DNA of 64,000 bases from the NCBI RefSeq assembly GCF_004010195.1, contig NC_057742.1:3297084-3361083 (forward strand). The letters are read 5' to 3'. A program made the position numbers and the translations under genes. Shown one piece after another: positions 53,397 to 64,000 of the stretch (position 1 is its first letter; the number at the start of each line of letters is the position of its first letter). A model generated the notes under the pieces. That model was not told where the DNA came from. It searched no databases and was given only the letters and a program-made list of their open reading frames with translations. This DNA comes from Chiloscyllium plagiosum (taxonomy: Eukaryota).

Positions 53397-56300
53397 TAAA
53401 TCCAAGGCTAAAAACAAGTTCTACTTGCAACAGATACACTAACAATACTAAATGTTAATGCATTGCGTAGTTTCTATTTAAAAAATTAATTTCAACAATT
53501 TAGATGACATTTGTTCAATGTAATTATAAAATTATAAAAATAAAACAGCTACACAGGCCTAATAATTGCTCTTATCTAATGATGCTCACATTTCAATCGA
53601 TTCATTCTCTTGTCGCGTTTTCAAATGTTGAACTTGTATCTATTTCGAGTGAGAAGACGACCATCACGTTGAAGAGACTAACTCTTGATATATTAAGTTA
53701 CAGACCAGTTATCTTTTAAGCTCCGGGTTAAAAGGTTGTCTGTGAACTGTTCAACGATTTCTTGGGTTTCCTATCACGGGCAATGATTGATGCTGATATT
53801 CATAGATTTTGCAGTTACAAAATTAGAAAAGAAATAGACGCGACTTTGAACAATGTTTGTACATTAAACTGTCTTCCACTCTTCACTATTTTCCAATTAG
53901 CTGCTTCCAACAATCAGACTAGTCTTCTTGCAAATTTCCCGTTGTGACCAAGAAAATAAAAACACTACATTACCATTTAAAAATATTTTTGAAATATCCA
54001 TATTTTTCTTCTCACAACCTCCAGGACAGATTATTAGGAGCATTAACTAATTAAATAACCAGGGTTTCAGAAATCTACATTTGAATATGTAATTAAAGCA
54101 AGAGATAGCTCTCACAGAGTGAATTATCTGCAACTCATTGTCAGACAGATTGCTGGGTTTTTCAATGTCCAGAAGTTTCTCGACACATTTCTTTTGCAGA
54201 AGAACAAATAATATTACTGACAAATGCATTTTAGTCTCATTCTAAGTGACCAGTCTTTCTAATAAATATATTGAAATTGAAATCGGTTATACAAAAGTAA
54301 ACTTTGTTGCAAAACTTCAAACTATCCCCAAGCTCCGGGAAAACAGACAAACAGAACGCTCAGAAAGCTCCTGAAGATGCGATAATTCACACACAACAGT
54401 GTAATTTGTAAACATGGCGCAAAAGATGAGAAAAATGGGCATTTATCCAAAACGCCCTGAAATTGCAGCTGGTTCTAAAACCAGAGATCTAACGTAACAA
54501 TAAGGCATTCTAAACCAGGTGGTGGCAAACTGCTTCACTTTAAATAGAAGAGAGAAACTAAATCAACAACCGTAGACAACAATTGATTAGTTACATCAGC
54601 TATACAATCTTCTTACTGCATCGATCAGAGATGGCGGAACTAGCATCCAGCAGAGGGATAATTGCTAAACATGAGGGAATTGCTGCAGGGGAATTCTGCA
54701 AATCCAGTGGCAGAGTTAGACTCCGAAAAATGGTGGGGTGTTGGGGGAGGGGACTTGGTCATAGTTACTGGGGGGACCTGACTTTCCACATGTGGTTTGA
54801 AGTCTGTTAATAGTTTGATATGTTATTCCTGCCCTCGTGTACATTGTTTCTATTTAATCAAAAGACAAACCAGGCCCAAAAGCATTACGTCCCGGAATCC
54901 CGCTCTTGCCAGAAGCAAGCTCCAGGAGCTACCAGCAACGCGTAGCCACTCACCTGTCAGATTGTTACTGTCTGTTTAGAGATTTTCCTCCCCTCCAAGA
55001 CCATCATTTGTTACTTTAATGCTGCAGTCCTTCAGTCTCTCAACGAACATGGAATCTATGCTCATTCCCTCTCCCCTTCCGAACAGCCGCTGCAGATTTT
55101 ATACCACATGCATAATATTACCGCTATTACAGCTTGACGTTGATTGCACCATCATGCGCATTATGCAGATTGAGGATAGCTACTGCGAAGCTTTTCAAAA
55201 GAGCCCTTCGTTTTCCTGAGGAGGCTGTTATATTTAAAGGAAGTCGGTGCTGCGTGCACATAACGCGTCCTTTGGTCAGTCGGATTTATACAAAGGAAAG
55301 TTCATTTCAAAATGAGTCGTTAGCATGTTATTAAAGATCAGTGAAATATAACTGTAGCCATAGCAACGGTTGTTGCCTGTTATTGGCGTATCATAGCAAG
55401 GTTACAGAAGATTACCTCCTGCGTCAGACACTGGGGAAACTGCTTGTACGCGGATAGCCCGTGAATACATTCACCCTCCGCCAAGTTTGAATCATTTTAA
55501 AATTCTTCTTTCTTCTGCTTTGAGGCCATTCAGAACCATTAACAGACTGTGAAACTGATCCGTTTGTGGAGTGGTTTGCAAGTTTGTTCTGTTAGTGGAA
55601 TGTGTTTGCTTTGACCTCGGGGTCAAAGGTGACCTTGACCCGACGGAAGTTCAAAGACAGTCCTTATTAGAGCAGAGGGACAAAAGACGGTTGGACATTT
55701 AAAACAGCTGGGGTTTCTGAGAAAGAGAGGGATGATAAAAAGCGAGAAGGGAAGGAATGAAGGGAAGACAGGGAGAGCAAGTGAAGGAAGACGTGGAGAG
55801 GAAGATATAGAGAACGAGGAGGTAAAAAAAGCAAGAATTTCACAACAAACTGAGCAGCAATTGTTTAGAAAAAGGATATATTTCCATTTTGGCCAAAATA
55901 TTATATTTTTGTTTTACTTATAAATGCTTATCTATAATTGACTGTTTAAAACAATGGAGCAGGCATCGGGAGCAGAGAGGCAGATAAAGCAAGGTAGAAG
56001 AAAAGGTGGGAAGAGGAAACCAGAGAAAGACTTGGAGAAGATGGGAAATAAATCGAAAACTGTAAACAACAGACAGAAACAAAGAGGGAAAGGGGAAACG
56101 AGAGAAAGAGAAAAAATATACTGGGAAAATAGAGACCGTAACGGATTAGAAGCAAACAAGCAGAAACATAATTGCCGTTTATAGCTTCTGTCGCCTTCCT
56201 CTCGAAATGATTCTAGGAACAGCCTAAAACGTATTCCATTAAATCAATGCGTCACATCGAATTGACATGGGGGTGAGGGGTTTGAGGGTGGGGGGAATGA

Positions 56301-58530
56301 GTGTTTCAGAGAAATTAACCCACAGTACAATAGTAATTGTAGTGCAATTGATCGATAAATCCATCTCCAGAATAGGGTATAGATAATCTGTCCAGATTTG
56401 TAAAGAACCTTTGATGTAAACGTTTGAATCATGCTCTTCCTGTGAAACGCATTGCTAGTTGACATTCTATATCGTTTCATTGAATAAAAAGCTGGTCGAT
56501 CCCAGTTTAATTATGTATTTATGAACTTGAACATTACAAATTAGTTCCTGCTGGTAAGGAAATCGAGAGAGTCCTTCAATATTTTGCAGTGTTCTATCAC
56601 GGGGTCAACATCGCCGACGCTTCCGTTCCCATGCAATCTCTAACTAAATAAATGGTGCTCCAGAATTTTCTAATGAGAATATGAGTTTTGAATTCACCTT
56701 TGTCCATTCGGTTTGTTTAGTTTAGAGAATAACGAAGTTAAAGACAAAGTTTGTTTACGCCCAATAACGCAACAGCGAGGGAGAAATACTTTTTTTCCAC
56801 TCGATAAGTAGTATATTCAAGTTGGTTTTTAGACATTTTTTGAAATTTCATGATCTCGGTTGAACTTCTCCTCGGGCGATCGATAGATACAAACAGATAT
56901 AAAAAGAGAGACTATATGGAGAAAGACAACTGCTGAGCGAGAGATAAAAGGTGCACGAGAATACGATAGGGAATCAATCACAGTTTGGCGAAGAAAGATA
57001 AGTTTACAATGGACACATGTTGCATCCATACTCGATGTATGTCGTGTGTAAACTGGGTATAAACCGGGCGCATGTTATGTATAGTTCAGGAAACGCTAAA
57101 TGCGAGCAGAATACATCTTGATAACATGGTGAGCATAGGCAAGGTCCATTTCAGGCACGTGCTGGATACATGGTAGTTACTAAACTCATGCTCGTGCATG
57201 TTGGCCAAGGTTAGACTCATGTCGAATACTTCTTAAAATAACGACTGTTGGCTGTACGGTCAATACTTGGTGCTGACTCCATGGTCAGTACATTTTGGTA
57301 CATGATGACTGTATGTTCAGCACACACTTGGTATATGCTAATTTCATGCTGGAGACTGCCCATAATGTCATATATCTATGTTACTACGTCTCCGTTTATT
57401 TTCCGTATATGAGGTTGCGTGCTCCTTCGATATTTGCGCTGACTACCTCACCACCACCATTCTTGACACTCCAATCTCTCTAAATGCTAGCGTGTCAACT
57501 AATGATTGGCAAACAGGAATTTCCATCAACTAAATATTGGGAAGCCAGAGGCATTTGTTTCCGACCCTGCCGCAAACTGTATTCCTTACCAGTGACGTAT
57601 TCCTCTCTGAGGAAACGATTTGAAGTGTCCCAAGACAGTTCGCCAATCCGATGTCAAATTAGTAATGGAAAGTACTTTCAAAATACATACTCAGTACACT
57701 ACTAGAACTGCCTAGTCCCAGCTTCACATCATTGTCAACCTTCTTTTTGCTTCAGGCGATCTGCCGTTGATAACCTCATTCGTCCTCTTGTTACCACTCG
57801 AGTAGACAATTGCAATTCATTCATGGGTGCCTCTTACTTTCCACCATCCACAAACTTCAGTTCATCAAAATGTTTACTACGGTGTCTTGCCTCGCTCAAA
57901 GTCTCTTTCACCTGTCACATTTATTTATGCTCGCTGAGCTAAAGTATCTCTGATGAAGAAATGTTTCGATTTTAAATGTGGATTTCAAATCTGAGTAGCA
58001 CCTCGTTGCTCATTTCGATAATTACCTGTCCTTTAATCTTGGCACCTTGTGCAACCGAATTCAGATGCATCAAACGCCAAAATCCTAAATCGTTCACATT
58101 CACCCTCTGCTTGAATTTGTGATTCTTTTTCCTTATCTCATGTGGCTCAAAGACAAATTTTGCCAGATTACTTCGCCTATAAAAGGCACTTCCGCTTTTG
58201 ACTGCATCAATGGCGCTTTATAAGCGCATCTTGGCGTTGCTGTTCTATTTTGGGCTCTGGATAAGTACAAAATTACTTTGCAAAATCCTGAACTATTTTG
58301 GCAGTGATTTGTTTCACTTGGATTGCGATGAGCACACAGCCTGTACCCATCCCTTAAATGAAATAGATTCTCTCTAACAGTTCCAAGCATCAGTTGTTAT
58401 TGGTCATATCACTGAAGCGTAAAAGTAATTACTCTCATGGAACCTTGAATGAAATTATATGCCAACGTGGCTACCCTTCTGAGGGTTGAGAGATCAGCCT
58501 GTAAAATCGGTGTGAATATGTTTGAGGAAT

Positions 58531-59290
58531 AGTGCCAAAGGGATCAGAGTTGCAGCCACGATAATTTACCATATATATTAATGATTTGGATGAGGAATTA
58601 ATTTGGTCAAGTTTATGGATGACACAAAAATTGGTAGAAAGGCAAGTGGTGAGGATAACACAAGAGTCTGCAGAAAGATATGAAGAAGTTTAAACAAATG
58701 GATAAAAGCTTGGCAGATGAAATATAATATAAGAAAATGTGGGATTGTGGACTTTAGTAGGAAGAATAGAGGAGCTAAATATTATTTAAATGAAGAAAGA
58801 CTGCAGAGTTCTCATGGATGAATCACAAAAAAAGTTGGAATCCAAGTTCATCGGGTAATATGGAAGGAAGTTAGAATGTTGGCCTATATTTCAAAGGTAA
58901 CGGAGTATAATTTTGCTTGAACTATACAAAGCACTAACCAGAACAGAGCTATGAACTGTTTTGGGCCCTTTATCTTAGGAAAAATGCTGGCATTGGTGAC
59001 AGTCAGAGAAGATTCACTGGGCCAATCCTAGGTATGGTGGGACTGTCTTATAAGGAGTGGTTGAATAGGTTGTGACTGTACTAGTTAGAATATACGGTGG
59101 CCGTATTGAAACATATACGATTTTCAGGTGAACTTGACAGATTGGATACAGAAAGGGTGTTTCCCATTGTAGGACCAGACAGCATTACCTTAGAATAAAG
59201 GGTCACACATTTAAGACGGTGATGAGAAAGAATTACTTCTCTCAGAGGGTAGTCACTCTGTAAATTCTTTTCTACAGACGGCAGTGAAGG
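58531..59290 (+). mobile_element. Degenerate CR1-type LINE ORF2 (reverse transcriptase and C-terminal region) fragment
   Basis: Decayed motifs VPKGSEL (VPQGSVL), IYINDLDE, KFMDDTKIG (KFADDTK), LQKD, WQMKYN and terminal RKNYFSQRVV, with frameshifts and stops. Confidence 0.9.
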
Positions 59291-61665
59291 TTTTCCCAGA
59301 CAGCACTGTTAACAAGAAAGCACATCACAAGAACGTTAACTGTTAATCTTGCGAACATAACCAAAACCTTATTTTGGTTGTGTACAAATTCTGTAACTTG
59401 TCCCCTCTATATTCCCCTTCCACCCCTGAACCAGTTATCAGAAAGTTGTGCCGCTTGTCTTACAAATTGGAGGAAAGAGAGCATTGTGCAATTTGTAATT
59501 CTATTTATGCTAAATACTTAAAGTAGTGAAGATTACTGGGAATTGGTTGAAATCGTGCATCATTTATGCCGGAACCCAGAACAGCCAAATACTGGACCAA
59601 TTTAATCTTTCATTCGATTGTTATGAAAGGTAGAAATTAATCTTAGACATTTAATTGCATTTCATAAGCACCATCTTCCTCAACCCCTTTCCATCCTCGA
59701 CATGACAAATTCTGACTACTGCAAATGTTGACTAATATGGGCTGTGAGTCTGGTTTCAGTCTGAACTTTTTTTTGTGATTTAATTTCTTAAGAATGAACC
59801 TTGTAAAATTGTGACGTCAAATATTCTTGTTATACAATGGAAAATCCAGTTATGAATCTGGAACAGATATAGTAGTGCAAAAATCTTCAGGATGATTCAG
59901 ATTATGAATCAGAAATACTCACTGAAACAGAATCAAACGGTGTTTAAGTTTTAGTGCAAAAATCTGGTATGCACTTTGAAGATCTTTGAATGAGCAAAAC
60001 TATGTTTTGCCTGGCAGGAGCATGGCAGTAAGTTATTAGAAAAACAAATTTCAACTGAACAGTCAACAAATATTCATTACTAAGTGTTACACATTGTAGC
60101 ATGTTCCAAAAGGCGCCACAACATTAAATCCATGAGACAGATCTCATAATGAAAATCTATGTAACCACAGAAATTATCGAACATAGATTAATAATTAAGA
60201 AACTGTCCCCCCCCCCCCCCCCCCCCCCACCCCGTCCCCCGCGTTTCTCTTGACAGTGATCTGTGAGATTGTGAATCACTCAAGTTCCTGGGCTCAATAT
60301 CAACTGGCCTGGGAGGTAATGGCACATTCCTCCTTTTGATACAATAATCTGTTTATGTCACAAAGTGTACCTGATGTGCCCTGTTTTCATGACTGAAAGC
60401 ACTCATATTAAAGCAGTTAATGTGAAAACAGTGATAAAATGCCAGCAACTCCATGAATGTTTAACCTCAAAGTGCATAAGGAACGTTCTGTGTCCTGATC
60501 TAACTTCTTGAATGTCTCCTTCATCTTTTAACAGCAGGTTCGCAGACACAATTTCAGCTCACTAAGGCGAATAATTGATTGAGAAAAATTGGTATATGAA
60601 CTCTCAAAGAATTACGAATAATATTTCAAAGAGAAATAGAATATATTTAACACAAAACCTACTTGGCATAAATTACAATTAAAACTCTTGAACTGCAGGA
60701 ATCAATTTGGTAATTGGCTGTATTAGACTTCTTCATTGTTTGTTACAATTGTGTGCCCATGCATAATGAAGTAGGTCCATCAAATATATTTTTAAAATAT
60801 ATTGTTCATAATCTGTTTGCAATTCCAAGATATTACCTGGACAAAGGATCCCTATTCACTGCAGTCAGGTGAAATTCATATTCTGACCGGCTGGAAAACC
60901 TTAATATGTCTGAGAATATAATTATTGTGTCTTTTCACTGGTGTTTTCGAAACACATGAGTAATACTCCTATAGTTCACGATTTGAGTCCCAGCTCATCG
61001 AAGTGCATTACATTATATCAGGATTGTCTACTTGGTAATTTTAAAATGCACTTTTGTATATTGCAGAGTTGAAAACTTGTTTCTGTAAGTATTATTAAAG
61101 TATGATCCTTGAACAAGAAGTGTATAGAAACCACCGCACAAGAAAGGCCAACAGACGTATGATGGCAATTAAACCCCACATGGTGGACTCACTTTTTCCA
61201 CTCAAACTCATGTCTGTTCCCCAAACCACTTTGTCTGATATATTACATTTGACCTTAAAATCAACAATGCTATCTGCTTCAGCCTGTCCATGTGGCAGCG
61301 AAATCCAGATCCCCACCATTTGTCTTGTAAAGGCTTGCTCCTAGATTCTTTATCCCACCTGTTAGTGTGTGTTCTTTTCTGCCTAAGCTCACAAGGAAGA
61401 TCCTTTTTAACACCCTAATTGAAGTTTCCAATTCTTTACCAATCTCATTTAATTCTCAGATTTTTCTGAGAATTAAATTCAGTGTTCAAAATCACCTAGA
61501 AGGTATGCATTTCCGATTGCAAAAAAAAACCTCTATATCTTTTCTGAACGTTCTCAATTGTTGCATTATGGGAATCAGATTTCCATTTTCCAAATTTGAT
61601 CTAACAAAGTTTCTATATTAATTCAAAAAAATTCTATTCTATTCTTGTATCTATTATTCTCCAAT

Positions 61666-61974
61666 GCACACAATACTTCATATATAATGTTTGTGGTGCT
61701 ATGAACCTGTTTTGCCACTTTAGTGATCATGCATCTAGTATTTCTTCAATTATTTATTACATAGCTCCATATTTATTATCCTTTCACAAAACTGTAGTCT
61801 CCTTTTTTCACCTACACAAAGCACACAATACTTCATATATAATGTTTGTGGTGCTATGAACCTATTTTGCCACTTTAGTGATCATGCATCTAGTATTCTT
61901 CAATTATTTATTACATAGCTCCATATTTATTATCCTTTCACAAAACCGTAGTCTCTTTTTTTCACCTACACAAA
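61666..61974. repeat. Tandem duplication, 2 x ~155 bp
   Basis: gcacacaatacttcatatataatg...ttcacctacacaaa occurs at 61666 and 61821 with about 4 differences. Confidence 0.97.
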
Positions 61975-62624
61975 AAAAATCATCTCACACTGGTCTAAGT
62001 TAAATTATATGTGATGCTTATCCAACTAATCTGCAACATTCTTCATATCTTCCTATATGTTGAAAACGTCTTGCACTTTATTTGTTATACCCTGCAGTTT
62101 ATAACTACCTGAATGTGTCAACACTTTCTGGAAATACTGTACTGAGTATTTCAAAATTAGCTGTCCAAGAGAAATTCCTGCAAGAGCCCGCTTCCTATGC
62201 TCTGCAAACATGAGGAGTTTCCTCTAACTATATCTTGTATTCTGTAGCCATCATTCAGTTCAGTTAGCTCCCTGGCCTTTGATTCCAAACAACCTGATCT
62301 TTCTCAAGAGTCCAACCAACACAAAACATTCAAAGAGTCAGCTAAACCACTTCCTTGCACATGTCTGTAACTCTTCAAATAACTCAGCAAGATACTTTAA
62401 ACAGATTATCCATTAGACCATAGTCTCTATCTTGTTACGTGACCTTTTCACAAAGGTGTATACTTTCTACTAGTGACACTAAGATAGAATCCTTATTTTC
62501 TGTAGTCAATACGTCTCTTAATTAGTTCTAACTGTACGTTTGAAGATGGGAATTGCATTTGTTGTCAACAATTGTACAGTCTCTGTTTATTTTCCTATAA
62601 TTTTGTATATAGATTTGGTTATTA

Positions 62625-62725
62625 TCAACCCTATTACCTCCTTTCCAATTTAGTTCAGTAACTTTGTGCATAATCCATCTGGACCTGGGATGTTTGTCAT
62701 ACTTAATTTTGTCTAGCTTGTCATT
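62625..62725 (-). mobile_element. Possible highly decayed LINE fragment
   Basis: Minus strand encodes NIPGPDGL, resembling the KSPGPDG motif upstream of LINE RT domains. The match is short. Confidence 0.35.
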
Positions 62726-63003
62726 CTCTCCAAGTCAACTATTGTAACAATATGAATTTTTGTTGGACTTACATTGCAAAATAGACGACTGCATCTGTGT
62801 ATGGTGCAAAACGTGCCTGCTTCCTGTTCTTGCAAATCTAGATAAGATTGTACAAAACAAAATCAGAAATTGTTGGGAAAACTTAGCAGGTCTGGCAGCA
62901 GAATTAACCAGTGACCCTTCTTCAGAACACTTCTGCAGACTCTTCTTTAGAATTAGGAAGGCATACTTTCTAGGTAAGTTCTGAAGAAGGCTCTCTGGAC
63001 CTA

Positions 63004-63345
63004 TGATTTGGAGGTGCCGGTGTTGAACTGGGGTGTACAAAGTTAAAAATCACACAACACCAGGTTATAGTCCAACAGGTTTAATTGGAAGCACTGGCTT
63101 TCGGAGCGCTGCTCCTTCATCAAGTGGTTCTTATTCTATTTTATGTTTGAGGGGTATGCTGTGCTGATACTGCTCCTGTTTTCAGTGTGCATCAAGACCC
63201 AGTATTCAAAGGAAAAAAATGCAAACCAAACAATTAAAATTCTGAATTTAATACAAATTTGGCAACCACCTGATGAAGGAGTGGCACTCCGAAAGCTAGT
63301 GCGCTTCCAATCCAACCTGTTGGACTATAACCTGGTGTTGTGTGA
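63004..63345. mobile_element. Insertion with inverted Penelope-type terminal repeats, flanked by a 12-bp direct repeat
   Basis: Inverted arms at 63049-63129 and 63264-63345. TCTCTGGACCTA is duplicated at 62992-63003 and 63346-63357. The internal 63130-63263 matches 63674-63808. Confidence 0.85.
63264..63304 (+). ncRNA. Candidate minimal type I hammerhead ribozyme motif
   Basis: Reads CAC-CUGAUGA-A-GGAGU(GGC)ACUCC-GAAA-GC-UA-GUG. This gives both core boxes, a 5-bp stem II, a palindromic AGCU helix III and a CAC/GUG stem I. Confidence 0.7.
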
Positions 63346-63948
63346 TCTCTGGACCTAAAACGTTAACTCTACTTTCTCTCCACCGCTGCTGGCAGACCAG
63401 CTGAGATTTTCCAACAACTTCTAATTTTGTTTCTGATTTCCAGCATGAGCAGTTTTTAATATACCTAACAATGATTGTCTGATAAGGAAATTATAATCCC
63501 CCAAAACCTCAAAATTCAAATAAATTGCGAAATGAGGAGGAGAAAGGTGATGGTTTATAGCTTTGTGTCCCTACATTGGAAAATATTTATTTTACTCAAT
63601 TAGTTGAAGTGTTCTGCTGAAAAAAGTTCAAATTCTTACTGTTAACTCAAGGACGAGAATAGATAATATTCTTCTTATTCTATTTTATGTGTGAGGGGTA
63701 TACTGTGCTGATACTTCTCCTGCTTTCAGTGTGTCTCAAGACCCGGTATTCAAAGGAAAAAAATGCACAATAAACAATTAAAATTCTGAATTTAACACAA
63801 AATTTGGCGAGCAGTGTAAAAGATTCTTTCAGGCAATAATTATCTTTCATGATTGGAAAAGAATTTTTTTCTTGTCAAACGATTTTACCTTTCGGTACTA
63901 TTGCAGTCAGTCCAAAATTGTTAATAAACTTCACATTCTCCCGAATGT

Positions 63949-64000
63949 GGCATGGTGGCTCAGTGGTTAGCACTGCTGCCTCACACAGCCAGGGACCTAG
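63949..64000 (+). mobile_element. 5' end of a tRNA-derived SINE (HE1-like), truncated by the window end
   Basis: ggcatggtggctcagtggttagcactgctgcctcac...gccagggacc has an A-box TGGCTCAGTGG and resembles the head of the common elasmobranch SINE. Confidence 0.8.

Noticed and set aside
54465-54495. Possible Hoxb11/12 homeobox relic (minus strand resembles V-R-x-W-F-*-N)
   Set aside because: The match is about 25 nt and needs an indel. The flanks show no helix 1/2 similarity, so chance is likely.
60207-60240. Poly-C run (also 51608-51625)
   Set aside because: Simple homopolymers with unreliable length and no further structure.

Overview
This is vertebrate genomic DNA from the central-to-posterior part of a HoxB cluster, with all genes on the minus strand. 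In window order it holds Hoxb5, Hoxb6, Hoxb7, Hoxb8, Hoxb9, mir-196 and Hoxb10, followed by about 19 kb of gene-free sequence towards Hoxb13, which is not in the window. The paralog set 5-6-7-8-9-10 identifies the B cluster. An intact Hoxb10 plus elasmobranch-type repeats (HE1-like SINE, CR1 fragment, Penelope-type repeats) points to a cartilaginous fish, probably a shark. All six genes splice into intact two-exon ORFs with phase-1 GT-AG introns. The most notable unexplained structures are: (1) a ~427-bp-arm inverted repeat in the unusually long Hoxb10 intron; (2) a candidate alternative in-frame first exon in the same intron; (3) a nested insertion at 63.0-63.35 kb, flanked by a 12-bp duplication, in which two inverted minimal hammerhead-ribozyme motifs enclose a copy of nearby DNA and split a third hammerhead-like motif; (4) a 22/22 miR-196 site with three G:U wobbles in the Hoxb8 3'UTR; and (5) a dense nuclear-receptor motif cluster at 55.6 kb. 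All coordinates and alignments were done by eye.
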